A stretch of DNA of 63,498 bases, counting the filler, from Octopus bimaculoides (lineage: Eukaryota), in NCBI RefSeq assembly GCF_001194135.2. It is 7 parts of 7 records of this genome, joined end to end, with 100 filler letters (N's around TTAATTAATTAA, not from the genome) between each part and the next. Parts side by side here need not be neighbours in the genome. Positions count along the whole stretch, not along the records: positions 38,485 to 51,773 come from NC_068983.1; positions 51,874 to 56,926 come from NC_069000.1; positions 57,027 to 63,498 come from NC_068982.1; 4 more parts are not named here. The stretch is one strand, 5' to 3'. The notes under the pieces were generated by a model. That model ran no database searches, had not been told where the DNA came from, and worked only from the letters and a program-made list of their open reading frames with translations. Every line of letters starts with the position of its first letter. Within the stretch, counting starts at the first letter, position 1. Positions 45,998-59,030 of the stretch are shown one piece after another. The translations under genes and the position numbers were made by a program.

Positions 45998-47711
45998 TTA
46001 TATATATATATATATAAAATTGTGTGTGTGCGCATGTATTTTTATATATATATATGGAAGTACGCATGTGTATTTAGGTATATTCGCGTGGTCATGACGA
46101 CTTGCTATACTTTTCAGACCTGCAGCAATAAATACAAAAAATTCAAAAAATAAATGGAGAAATAAAAATAATACAAGACTAAAATACCATGAAAAAAATG
46201 CTATATATAAAAATAAAACATGCTATAGAAGTAAGATAAAATATACATAAATATTCATCCATCCATATATATATATATCATCATAAATATAAGGGATTAG
46301 CAATTGAGTTGCTTCTCCAACATACTGAAAATTCAGAAACAGCAGTCAAAGAACTACTGATTCTAAACTACAAATCTTTCTCTAAAATGGATGGCGATAT
46401 TTATGGCACACATAGAACAAAAAACCGGAGGGAAAAGCACAAACAAAACAAGCCTTTAGTTAATTGGGTACGAATCGTTTCATGGTTAAGCGAACGAAAA
46501 CTTCACTATTCCAATCTTCAGCCCAAATATTCTGATAAATTTGAAAGTGTCTCTAAAAAAATTCACGGTAATCCTTGGCCATGCGACACCAAAAATCAAC
46601 GATAAGAAANNNNNNNNNNNNNNNNNNNNNNNNNNNNNNNNNNNNNNNNNNNNNNNNNNNNNNNNNNNNNNNNNNNNNNNNNNNNNNNNNNNNNNNNNNN
46701 NNNNNNNNNNNNNNNNNNNNNNNNNNNNNNNNNNNNNNNNNNNNNNNNNNNNNNNNNNNNNNNNNNNNNNNNNNNNNNNNNNNNNNNNNNNNNNNNNNNN
46801 NNNNNNNNNNNNNNNNNNNNNNNNNNNNNNNNNNNNNNNNNNNNNNNNNNNNNNNNNNNNNNNNNNNNNNNNNNNNNNNNNNNNNNNNNNNNNNNNNNNN
46901 NNNNNNNNNNNNNNTATATATACATACATATACACACATATGTATATATAGTTATAGATGTATGCATGTATGTATGTATGTATATACATATATACATACA
47001 AATGTACGTGTGTGTGTATGTATGTGTATGCATACATGCATATCTACACATGTATGTATGTATGTATGTATTTGTTAGTTTTCCTTTGTTATAATACCTT
47101 TCCCCGGACCCCCTGAAACACCGTATTTTTATACTTGGACTTTTAGGAAAAGGGGTCAGGTGAAAAATTGCAATAAATATATAAATAAATAAATAATAAA
47201 TAAATAGATAAATAAATAAATCAAAGAAGAAAGGAAAGAAAAATAGAAAGAAAGAAAACGACGGCTTAAGGCAGCCACTAGCAACGTATCAATCACAGTG
47301 CTAAAATAAAACATTCAATGTTAAACAACAAAGGTCTAGCAAAAACTACAACAATAACAGTTGCAACAACAACAGCTACATCCACAAAGAGAAGAACAAC
47401 AACAACAACAATAACAACAACAGCAAGTATATCCACGGAAACGACAGCCGTACCAATAATAAATGATAATAAACAGATAGATTGCCACCTCAGTTTAAAC
47501 CGAATTATAGTTTTATGCTTTCGCAGTGATCATTTTCACGTCTTTCGTCCCTTCTTCCTTTGCTTTGTATAATGACGTTTTTTTTTTTTTTTGCTCATTG
47601 AAATTATTGTATTTTACTTGTTTCAATCATTAGACTGCGTCCATGTTGGGGCACCGTCATTTTCTTTTATCAGCATGCGAGTCGAGTGTTAGACTCAACA
47701 GAGTATCGGGG

Positions 47712-48832
47712 TCTAGTTTAAAACGGGGACACCAGTTTTCATTAATGTTTTATGTAGTGTTTTTGGTACCGAAAGACTTTCAAACTTCGTATACTTTTGT
47801 GTTATAGAACAGAAAAAAATTTTGTATTCGAATTTATTTCATGTAAAAAATTGTCTTATTTCGCTAATTTCGGATCTTTTTTAAAACGGGGGCCACATTT
47901 TTCATTAATGTTTTACGTAGTGTTTTTGGTACCGAAANNNNNNNNNNNNNNNNNNNNNNNNNNNNNNNNNNNNNNNNNNNNNNNNNNNNNNNNNNNNNNN
48001 NNNNNNNNNNNNNNNNNNNNNNNNNNNNNNNNNNNNNNNNNNNNNNNNNNNNNNNNNNNNNNNNNNNNNNNNNNNNNNNNNNNNNNNNNNNNNNNNNNNN
48101 NNNNNNNNNNNNNNNNNNNNNNNNNNNNNNNNNNNNNNNNNNNNNNNNNNNNNNNNNNNNNNNNNNNNNNNNNNNNNNNNNNNNNNNNNNNNNNNNNNNN
48201 NNNNNNNNNNNNNNNNNNNNNNNNNNNNNNNNNNNNNNNNNNNNNNNNNNNNNNNNNNNNNNNNNNNNNNNNNNNNNNNNNNNNNNNNNNNNNNNNNNNN
48301 NNNNNNNNNNNNNNNNNNNNNNNNNNNNNNNNNNNNNNNNNNNNNNNNNNNNNNNNNNNNNNNNNNNNNNNNNNNNNNNNNNNNNNNNNNNNNNNNNNNN
48401 NNNNNNNNNNNNNNNNNNNNNNNNNNNNNNNNNNNNNNNNTTAACCCTAACCCTAACCCTAACCCTAACCCTAAAACTAACCCTAACTCGAGAATCCGAA
48501 CTCTAAAATTGTTACACACATAGATACGCACAGCGTAATTTATTATATAAAGAATATATTACGATTAAGCCGGATGAAATATGTCACAGGGAATAACATT
48601 TTTAGACCGCCCAGCAGTAACTCTATTCAGCTGAATAGACGTCAGTGATTGGTTGAAATTACAGAAATACGACAAGTTTAACATGGAATAGCTTGCGAAT
48701 TCCTTTTTTTTTGTTAAGAAGACTAAGAGTAAAAGATGTTTTATATGACACATTCTACCAGTGTTCCCAAGTTTCAAAGTGTTTCGTTAGTGTTTCGTTA
48801 AGAAAATACTGGTGCCCCCGTTTTAAACTAGA
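47712..48832. mobile_element. TIR DNA transposon/MITE with internal subrepeats and (TAACCC)n
   Basis: 25-bp TIRs with 24/25 identity (47712-47736 and 48808-48832). A terminal block of about 58 bp is repeated at 47880-47937. (TAACCC)n at 48442-48487. Confidence 0.8.
48442..48487. repeat. Interstitial telomere-type repeat (TAACCC)n = (TTAGGG)n
   Basis: About 7 units, one degenerate, abutting a 503-N gap. Confidence 0.9.
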
Positions 48833-48950
48833 TTCGAGTATCGAACTAAACACCTGTGAAGTATTTAGTTACATTCTCTTAGATTTCAGGTTCGTTTCTG
48901 CCAGCTGATCGCCTTAAATCTAGTCTTAATAATCAAAATATGAAATAAGG

Positions 48951-49393
48951 GGGCGAGCTGGCAGAATCGTTAGCACGCCGGTCAATAAGCTTAGCAGCAT
49001 TTCGTCCGTCTTTCGTTCTGAGTTCAAATTCCGCTGAGGTCAACTTTGCCATTCATCCCATCGGGGTCGATAAAATGAGTACCAGCTTAGCATTGAGGTC
49101 GATTACATTGACATGTCCCCTCCCACAAATTTGCTGGCCTTGTGCCAAAACTTGAAAGCAATATGTACCTAAGGCGGCGAGTAGTCAGAATGTTTGGCAC
49201 ACCAGGCAAAATGCTTACCAGCATTTCGTCCGCCTCTATATGCTCTGATTTCAAATCCCACCGAAGCCAACTTTGCCTTTTATCTTTTCGTTGTCGATAA
49301 AATCGGTACCATTTGAGCACAGAGGTCGATGTTATTGACTTATCCGACCGCCCGAAATTGAGATCTTGAGTCAAAATTTGAAACCAATATTAA
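48951..49393 (+). mobile_element. Two tandem SINE family A copies (48951-49163, 49168-49393)
   Basis: ggggcgagctggcagaatcgttagc and ggcggcgagtagtcagaatgtttggc heads; ccttgtgccaaaa.ttgaaa-type tails. Confidence 0.88.
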
Positions 49394-49523
49394 AATATGA
49401 AATGATAGTCTGTAATGTCTTCAATACCAGGCCTGACTCGTCAGTATTCAAAGGGACCAAACGAAGACACAAATTGTACAGTTTTAGTGCAATGGTCTAT
49501 TAACCTCATACACAAATACACAC

Positions 49524-49554
<31 letters not shown>

Positions 49555-49556
49555 AA

Positions 49557-49774
49557 GGGCGGCAAGCGGACAGAAACGTTAGTGCGCCGGGCGAAATGAT
49601 CAGCGGTATTTCGTCTGCCGCTACGTTCTGAGTTCAAATTCCGCCGGGGTCGACTTTGCCTTTCATCCTTTCGGGGTCAATTAAATAAGTACCAGTTACG
49701 CACTGAGGTCGATAAAATTGACTTAATCCGTTTGTCCCCTCTGTGTGTAGCCCCTTGTGGGTAGTAAAGAAATA
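49557..49774 (+). mobile_element. SINE family A, well-preserved copy
   Basis: ggcggcaagcggacagaaacgttag ... gttctgagttcaaattcc (B box) ... tgtagccccttgtgggtagtaaagaaata. Confidence 0.9.
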
Positions 49775-49867
49775 ACACACACACATTTATATGCTTACCT
49801 ACCTCCTTAGCTCACTCCCTACATCCATCCATCCATCCATCCATCCATCCATCCATCCATCCATACA

Positions 49868-50989
49868 TACGAGGAAGTATCAGAAAGTTCTCGGACTAGT
49901 TCTGTTCCGCGCCAACAGATGGCAGCGCACGTTTGTGTGCGTAGTGAGAGCCAGGTGTGACCTTTACCAGGCAGTGTGCCGAATGATATCCCTGTGTTTA
50001 CTTCTCAAGTTGTGAAATTTGTGTTCTTTGTGATCATGTGTATAATGCAGTCTGCTATTTTGTCATGGACAGGTAGTTGGAAAAAAAGAGCCAACGTGAA
50101 ATTTTGCGCTAAGCTTGGGAAGTCTGGTACAGAAACATTGAATTTCGGCGAGCTTACAGTGACGCGACAATGGGTCGTACTTTATGTTTCGAGGGGCATG
50201 GGCGCTTCAAAAGCGGAAGAACGTCTCTAGAAGACGATGAGCAATCTGGAAGACCTGCCACAAGCATTCACACCTGAAAATGTGGAGAAGGTTCATCAAC
50301 CTGTATATGAAGATCGTCAGAGGACACTCAACGGCAAAGCTGATGTTATTGGTCTATCGTATGGATCCGTGCAGGCAATCCTAACGCCTGAATTGAATAT
50401 GCGGCGTGTCTCTGTCACGCTTGTCCCCGCCTGCTGCCCATTGAGTAGACAAACATCGCATCGAAATCTGTCAAGATCTTCATCAGTGTACCGCTGAATA
50501 CCCATCCTTCATGTCGAGGATCATCACTGGTGACAAGAGTTGGGTCTACGGGTCGTCACAATGGAAGGGACCTTCCATTCCACGATCGAAGTTTTGAAGC
50601 GTTTGGGGGAGGACATTCGTAGAAAGCGACTGGATCTGTGCAGCGCAAAGAACTAGATTTTTCACAACGACAGTGTACCCTGTCACCGAGCTCTCCTCAC
50701 TCGCGAATATCTCACCAAAAACAAGACATTACTTCCGTGCACTTCCCCAAGATGAAAATGCACTTCCCCAAGATGAAAATGCAGATCAAACGCCGTCATT
50801 TTAATACTGTTGTCTAGATCCAGAGCGAATCACATGTCCTGTACTCGCTTACGAAGTCCAGGCCGGATTCAATAAAGTGGCAGGAATGCTGGGACAGGTA
50901 TTTTGCTAAGCAAGGTGATTATTTCGAAGGATATGAAGTTAAGACTGAGGTAAATAACTAGTCCTGGTAATTTTTGATACCACTTCTTA
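49868..50989 (+). pseudogene. Mariner (DD34D-type) transposon, decayed, both TIRs present
   Basis: TA-CGAGGAAGTATCAGAAAGTTCTCGGACTAG ... CTAGTCCTGGTAATTTTTGATACCACTTCT-TA. Remnants RANVKFCAKLGKSGTET, TPENVEKV, IITGDKSWVYG, FHNDSVPCH. Confidence 0.9.
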
Positions 50990-51122
<133 letters not shown>

Positions 51123-51773
51123 ACACAGAGGTATAGGCATATATGTGCATGTGTGAATATTAATTTTCACAAGGAACCGGTTGAAAGAGACTCCAAGTTT
51201 TGGGATCTCAGCCCTTATCATAATCCTTGATGATGGCTTGTAAACAAAAATTTCGAAGTCACTGCCAATCTTTGCCGTATAAAAATTAACAAAAATGTAT
51301 TCTACTAAAAAGTATTAAGTAATATTTCAGTTTAATGTTACTTTAAAAACAATACATATTTATGTATACACACACACACACACACACACGCACACACACA
51401 CATGTTGTATCCTAGTATGTGTGTTTATGTATAAGTGTGTAAATGTGTGCATGCTCGTGTGTGCATGTGTGTGTGTGGTGGGGGATATATATGAAAATGT
51501 CAGATGCAACCAATTAAAGGCCAAGAGAGTTTTAGTATTCAAATATAGATTAAATACAGACAGAGCGACACCTGTTATACAAACCATTAAGTTTTTCAAG
51601 TCATTATTTCAACGGCGATGTGATTAGGTATCAAGTTACAATGGTTATTAGTGTAATATATATAAACATGAAATAATATAATATAAAATAATATAACGTG
51701 TATTTATATATGTATATGTATATATATATATAAACACACACATTCATTCATATATATATATACATACATATGT

Positions 51774-51873
51774 NNNNNNNNNNNNNNNNNNNNNNNNNNN
51801 NNNNNNNNNNNNNNNNNTTAATTAATTAANNNNNNNNNNNNNNNNNNNNNNNNNNNNNNNNNNNNNNNNNNNN
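51774..51873. other. Artificial scaffold-join spacer
   Basis: 44N-TTAATTAATTAA-44N. Confidence 0.97.
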
Positions 51874-52304
51874 TATATATATATATATATATATATCGCT
51901 GGCGGTGGAGGTAAATCGGTGCTAGCTCTAGCGGTCGAGCGTCTATAATTAACAAAACCAAGGAAGGTCAAAATCACGTGATCTACTGGTTGGGCGCTGG
52001 AGGAGGCGGCGATTTTTGTCTCCTCACTAGTGATATAAACAAGAGTGCATTTTGCACCAAAAGCCAATATGAGGGTTTCTCTCATGATATCTATCGCAGT
52101 ATAGTTTGTTCTAACAGAACATCCATGTTTAAGAGGGGAAAAACATTACTTACAGATATATATATGTATGCAATCACATAACTAGTATTACTCTCTGTAT
52201 GCCTTTGTTAGTGTGTTCGTATACGTGGGTGTGTTTGCTTTGATCGACAGTACTTTGCCCCTAATATGTGATCTTGTGCATATAATAATATATAATGCTC
52301 GCTG

Positions 52305-52497
52305 AACTGTTAGCAGACACATGTCGCAAAGCATTTCGTCAGTCTTTGTGTTCTGATTTCAAATTCCTCCAAATTTGACCTTATATTTCATTCTTTCGCG
52401 GTCGATAAAATAAATACTAGCTGAACGCTGGGGGTAAATATAATCGACTAGTCTCCGCCCTCAAATTTCAGGCCTTGTGTCCCCAGTAGAAAGAATC
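52305..52497 (+). mobile_element. SINE family A, diverged, third tail type
   Basis: gctcgctgaactgttagc ... ttctgatttcaaattcc ... tttcaggccttgtgtccccagtagaaagaat. Confidence 0.75.
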
Positions 52498-52793
52498 ATG
52501 CGCTACATGTTGGTTGTATGTGCGTAGTAAAGCGTGTGATTCTCGTTTTGTGTTCTTCTATCAAGATAAATAGGTGAAGTGTTAGTTTTGCTGATGGGAG
52601 AAGCCATATTGGCACGATTTGTTTGTCTGTCTGTCTGTCTGTTGTCTCTTTCTCTCCAGCTTTTCTCCCCCAATATCTCTCATATACTCCGACGTACACA
52701 TTCACACACATTCAAACACATACACACACACACAAGCACATATACATACATGGATGTACAAACACACACACACACACGCACACACATCTTGTC

Positions 52794-53162
52794 TTGTTGG
52801 CACTCCGTCGCTTACGACGTCGAGGGTTCCAGTTGATCCGATCAACGGAACAGCCTGCTCGTGAAATTAACGTGCAAGTGGCTGAGCACTCCACAGACAC
52901 GTGTACCCTTAACGTAGTTCTCGGGGATATTCAGCGTGGCTGACCCTTTTGAATTACAGGCACAACAGAAACAGGAAGTAAGAGTAAGAGAAAGTTGTGG
53001 TGAAAGAGTACAGCAGGGTTCGCCACCATCCCCTGCCGGAGCCTCGTGGAGCTTTAGGTGTTTTCGCTCAATAAACACTCACAACGCCCGGTCGGGGAAT
53101 CGAAACCGCGATCCTATGACCGCGAGTCCACTGCCCTAACCACTGGGGCATTGCGCCTCCAC
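52794..53162 (-). mobile_element. tRNA-derived SINE family D
   Basis: Close match to 42121-42501 with short indels. Confidence 0.9.
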
Positions 53163-54485
53163 TACACACACACACACATACACAAAGAAGTATGTATCAC
53201 ATTTACAAATACACACGACATATAGGAACTACATCGATTTTCTGGACCCTTCCTATCCAAGCTTTTCTGGATTATTTATGTTCCTTTACGAGGTGTGATC
53301 ACCTTGGTCAACTCACTCGGATGTTGCATAAATATTAAATTTAATTAAATAATTCAACGAAATACTGGTACCTGCACATTAATATAATCCAGTGCGGATT
53401 ATTAGAGGCCCGGATCATCTGTGCTTGGAAAGTCGTTATTATATCTCTAATAATACTAAAGAGCGGCAATATATCCTATTTCTCTACGGTAACTGTTAAA
53501 CTTAGCGCTGCATTTTAACGCGAGTTGCTTAATATTCAAGGTTGCCCCTGTTTATAGCCTGAAATGTAATACCATACTTTAATACCTATTTTCAGACTGG
53601 TAGACAGAGTAGAACACAGCAAAGTGACTTGTCTATCAATAGTGGCAGGCTAGGGACAAGATGTGAAGTGTCAGTCCCATAGACATTAGCTTTGCGAATT
53701 TCCAACATTGTTTTCTAGAACTAATACAGACACACACAAACACACATGCAAACACAGGCTCATACGCACACACACATACACTATATATATATATTTTTAT
53801 ATATATATATATATATAAATATATATATAAATATATACTTCAGTGAGCTTTAACATACATAATGTAATGAGCTAAAAAGTATCAAACATTGAAAAATTGC
53901 NNNNNNNNNNNNNNNNNNNNNNNNNNNNNNNNNNNNNNNNNNNNNNNNNNNNNNNNNNNNNNNNNNNNNNNNNNNNNNNNNNNNNNNNNNNNNNNNNNNN
54001 NNNNNNNNNNNNNNNNNNNAAAAAAAAAAAATCGTTACCGTTAATAATTACTGAGTTGCTCGTCGTTGCCGGGCAAGTTTCACAATAGAATACCTTTATT
54101 TCAATGGGTTTGTTTTTCATTTTATTCTATGTCAGACCATGTCTTCCCGACGGAGAGGAATCTTGATCAGGACGCATATCCGCATATCCGCATTATTTTG
54201 GGATTTATAATGTCACGATAAACGAAGGTTTTGGGTTTTCTATTTAGTGCATAGATGTGAATTTTTTTTCTAACTTCCAACTCTTGGACATTCAACATAA
54301 AACCAACCAACAGTGAAGCAGGGCTCTTCAAGGATTAAACCGGCAACTGAAAATGTTTGCCCTTGCGATTTGTTTGAAGCTTATGGCAAAAGTAAGATTC
54401 GCTGGAAAAGAAGTATTTGGATTGAAATGGGACGTCGCCCCCTGAGTCTGTGCGACAGAGACTAGTGTGCGCTTATCATCTAATC

Positions 54486-54825
54486 CAGTGGTTCTGAACG
54501 TGGGTCCATATGCTCTCTGGGGCTTCATATAAGATTCTGTGGAGTCTATGCAAGCAAAATAGTAAATTGGGTACTCACAGTAGGAAACCAAGTGTGCATG
54601 AAAAAAATCTTGCTTTAGATAAATTTATTGCAAGAAGCATACAGGTTTCGTTCTTCTACATTTTACAATAATTCAACCTGAGCAAGTTACTGTGTGGAAA
54701 ACAAAATAGGAATTTTGAAAGAAGTGTCTCGAAAACTAGTTTTAAAAGTCGAACGGCTATGAGGTCCACAAGAGTAAAATGGTAATTAAAGCGATCCACA
54801 GATAAAGAATGGTTGAGAAACACTG
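54486..54825. mobile_element. hAT (Charlie-like) MITE, 340 bp
   Basis: TIRs CAGTGGTTCTGAAC / GTTGAGAAACACTG. Flanking 8-mers atctaatc and atacaatt (5/8 match) fit a decayed 8-bp TSD. Confidence 0.65.
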
Positions 54826-55287
54826 ATACAATTGATGCTCGGGTTTCCCGTGAGACCATACAACGGAACCTCGTGTTCGCATATCATCAAGTCTATTTCT
54901 TCTCTGTTCGGGTATCACCTGATAATGTGTGAGGGTCTTTCGACTTCGTCGTCCTAATGAAATTCCTTACACACATGCATACACCCACACACACATACAC
55001 ACGCATACACACGCACGCATAGACGTATACACACACACATAAAGACATACACACACTGAACGTGAGCGATATATACATTCAGAAAAGCAGTGAGACAGGG
55101 TGTGGTAAATATATAATAGAGAAGGCGAAAGTTTACAATGCGAAAAGCGTACAAAAACAGAGAGAGGCAAGTAGAGAGGGAAAGAATCTTTTCTGTTGCT
55201 GTCAGAAATTTTGAAATTTTAAGATAAAGTGAAAATTTTCAAATATTGATGTAATTTTTCAATTTGAATTCGATTTTGTGATTCATT

Positions 55288-55326
55288 TGGTAGACGGAAA
55301 CTAGAAGAAGACCGTCGTATATATAT

Positions 55327-55383
<57 letters not shown>

Positions 55384-55590
55384 TATGTGTGTATATGTTT
55401 GTGCGCCTCTGTTTGTCCCCCCAATATCGTTTGACAACCGATGCTGGCGTATATACGTCCCTGTATCTTAGCAGTTCAGCAAAAGAGCGTGATAGAATAA
55501 GTACTAGGCTTACAAAGAGTAAGTCCTGGGGTCGATCTGCTCGACTAAATGCGGTGCTCAAATGAGTGAAACAAATAAAAGAATAAAATA
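55288..55590 (+). mobile_element. SINE family B, 3' two-thirds
   Basis: tttggtagacggaaactagaagaag ... gaataagtactaggcttacaaag ... ggggtcgatctgctcgactaa. Confidence 0.85.
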
Positions 55591-55594
55591 ATAT

Positions 55595-55633
<39 letters not shown>

Positions 55634-56020
55634 ATATGTAAATATAGGCTCATTGATATATTACGTGTGAGCGGTGTTGGGTGAGTTTGTATATACATTT
55701 ATAATCACAAACATGCATATACGAATACACACCTATAGAAGAAATATATGTATTCATACGTATATATATATGAATAAGACTGGGAATTAGCAAAAGGCAG
55801 AAATTACTACAGCCTGTCACTTGTAAGTGGATACGACTAAGTTGCCTGTATAACGCTTTTACTAATTGTTTTGAAAGACTACGTACTCGGTGGGTATTCC
55901 AGTGGGCCAAGTGTGGCATCTGTCGAACTAATGCGATGAAAAATTAAAGTCACAATCACCCTGCATTTAGCTCGATTAAAAATATACAATATAATTTAAT
56001 AATTATGCAAAATTATATAC

Positions 56021-56065
<45 letters not shown>

Positions 56066-56114
56066 GATATAGATACATGTAAGCATTCACACACACGCAC
56101 GCACATACACATGT

Positions 56115-56147
<33 letters not shown>

Positions 56148-56583
56148 CACTTACGTATTTATATGTATTTATGTGTGTTGAGTATGTCTAGGTGCACGTA
56201 GCTAAATAGTTAAGAAGCTCACTTTGCCATTTCGAGGTCGTGCGTTCAATCTCACTGCGCGGTATCTTAGGCAAGTGTCATTTTCTGTAGCCTGGGGTCG
56301 GCCCATACTTTACGGAAACGGTATAGCAGTTTTTCGAGTAGATTGTATCGGTAACTAAAAATTGTGCATTTTCGTCACACATTGTATCACAGTGAATCCG
56401 CTCAAGAATTATGTTGAAAGCATGGGTTAAAGGAACTGGTGCTTCAGTTGATCAGACAACCGAACCCGCTTCACATACACACATATGAGGATAGAACCGA
56501 CTAAGGGAACATGTACTGCTGATGCTTATCCTCTTTTATATACTACTCTGAGTTTGGTGCAGGGCAAAGCTCGACTTTTGATA

Positions 56584-56609
56584 TCTATATATATAAAAAT
56601 GAGAATGTG

Positions 56610-56656
<47 letters not shown>

Positions 56657-56926
56657 GTGAATCACTAAAACTCGAGAACTACGCAACCAATTTCATTCAA
56701 ATTTTACACATGCCTTACTTAGGGTTCCAGTTGTGTTTTAGTCAAAAAAATTATTAACTTCTTGCAGAGTTCGAGCACACGGCAACATAATATCTCCTCC
56801 ACTATTTAAGTATTACGTGTCAAAAGTGAAACAAAAACACTCATGTCAAATACTTTCACTTTAAAAATGAAACTATTCCACTAACTGAAACAATCACATT
56901 TCGATACTGTAGTGACAGATACTTTC
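56584..56926 (+). mobile_element. Helitron 5' end, same family as 34361
   Basis: A|TCTATATATATAAAAATGAGAATG-(gtct)n; near-identical interior; ends at a scaffold break. Confidence 0.82.
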
Positions 56927-57026
56927 NNNNNNNNNNNNNNNNNNNNNNNNNNNNNNNNNNNNNNNNNNNNTTAATTAATTAANNNNNNNNNNNNNNNNNN
57001 NNNNNNNNNNNNNNNNNNNNNNNNNN
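56927..57026. other. Artificial scaffold-join spacer
   Basis: 44N-TTAATTAATTAA-44N. Confidence 0.97.
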
Positions 57027-57117
<91 letters not shown>

Positions 57118-58404
57118 ATGTATGTGTGTTTAGGATGGAGATTGAGTGTAAGTAGTGGAGGTGTGGATGAATAGGACGAGTGTGTCTGATGAACCCGTGT
57201 CGAGGTGACATGCAACTAACAAGCTAGTTCAGGTAAGTAGACACCACTGTAGTTGCAGTAGAAGAGAGATAAAGAGAGTGCAGTACTTATGTTAGTCGTT
57301 GCCATATGGGCGTTATTCTGCTTTAAGCACTTCATATGACCCTTCGAAATTTTTTTTATATTAGGGAATTTCATGAAGATTTTGCGTATTTGTATCCTAC
57401 ACAGGGGAATTCATACGATTATGCAAAAACCAAAACCAAAATGAATTTTAGTGCGTGATTTAAAGGCTATTTAGCTGGTATTTTTTAGCACATATCACAA
57501 CCACCTCATATCCTCTTCGTTTGTTTGTCAGTCTGACGTATTGATATTTTCCAATCTCCTCCTCCCATAAACACATTTAATGATCCATTGCTGGGATTTA
57601 AGCCAAAAATTTGGACTGTCCATATTTTAAACTGACTTTTTCAAAAATTCGAAAAATTAAAAAATTTTTTTTTTTTAATTCGAAAAAATTTTTTTAATTA
57701 TCCATAGTCGTGGGAAATCCCATGTGTAGAAAACAAATTCGAAAAAAATTTTCACAAAATTCCATAAAATATATAAGTAATGAGGAATTGTATGGCAAGC
57801 TCAAAGCAGAATTCCACCGCTATCTGTTGGTGGTGAGGTTTGGCTCAGATCAGATCTAACTGAGCAAATCTAAAGTTAAAGACATCACATCTTTTCCAAA
57901 TATAGTGCAACTAGGACTACATTATTTAACAGCCTCATGGACTGAGTACCTGCATCTCACGAGAAATCGTAATTCCTTTTATAAGACGGCAATGTAATCT
58001 GAAGGATGTCTGACTGTAATTTCTGGCAGATCAGCTGACTGTCCGAACATATTCCCATTAAGTTTCATGACCATCAACTAGCTGAACTGTTAGCATGTGG
58101 CACCAGTTTACAGCGAGATGAACTGAGTTGTTTCAACTAAAATAATTGACCTAGATACCGACAAAAACACCGTGTTGATAACATTAGATAAATCAACGAT
58201 ATCTCATAAACCTATCCGATGTCTTGTTCACGTGAACATCTGCACTATTGAATAGCAAAAAGAGGATATACAAATATATATATATGTGCGTGTGTGTGTG
58301 TGTGTGTGTATAGGTATATGTGTATATATGTGTGTGTAAATATATACACGCATGTATATGCTTGTACTTGTGTGTGTGTGTGTGTGTGTGTATGTGTGTG
58401 CGCG

Positions 58405-58458
<54 letters not shown>

Positions 58459-58498
58459 CATGCATGCATGCATGCATGTATGTATATATGTATGTATG

Positions 58499-59030
58499 TA
58501 TGGTGAATAAACTGTCGTCTAAATTACGCAAAATAAAAATAACACTGACATCACATTTTAACAGTTATATTTACCGAAATTACATAAAACTATCTTGAAA
58601 TACTAAACAATAAATTTATTCAATAAGATCACCATTAGCTTCAGCCACGGCCTCCAGACGACTTTGGAATCTCCTGCAACTCTTCTGGACGGTCTCCTTG
58701 CCTTCAGTTCATCTTTGGTGTTACAAGGAGTTTTGTTGGTCTCTCACGCAACTTTACCCCACACATAATAATCAAGGGGTTTGCAGTCTGGGGAGTTAGG
58801 TGACGAGATGTTAGGGATGATGCTGTCACAGAAATTGTCTGACAGCCATGACTGGGTTCTCCTGCTTGTGTGGCATGGTGCAGAGTCCTGTTGCCAGACA
58901 TAGGGTCTTCCAGCAGCCACGCTCATGACCCAGGGCAGCACTGCCTCCTCCAGGCACTTGATGTAGGCCTCCATGAGCTTATCGTTCTTCGATACGAAAA
59001 TAATCCACAACCTTCCTTCTCAATAAACCA
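58499..59030 (-). pseudogene. Tc1/mariner (maT/DD37D-like) transposase 3' fragment with probable terminus
   Basis: YIKCLEEAVLPW...YVWQQDSAPCHTSRRTQSWL...PNSPDCKPLDYYVWG...RRFQSRLEAVAEANG. Terminus-like TA-tggtgaataaactgtcg at 58499. Confidence 0.85.

Noticed and set aside
46309-46609. 98-aa non-repetitive ORF next to a gap
   Set aside because: No recognisable motif in any frame; starts at a non-ATG codon.
48442-48487. True chromosome end
   Set aside because: Short, internal, and enclosed by the TIRs of a transposon.
53594-53690. Possible mastermind exon 2 (ttttcag|ACTGGTAGACAG...)
   Set aside because: Phase 0 fits, but there is no good donor before the stop and no family similarity.
57709-57716. 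CSL/Su(H) consensus site CGTGGGAA
   Set aside because: A single 8-mer in 63 kb is near chance expectation; it is unpaired and sits in probable transposon debris.
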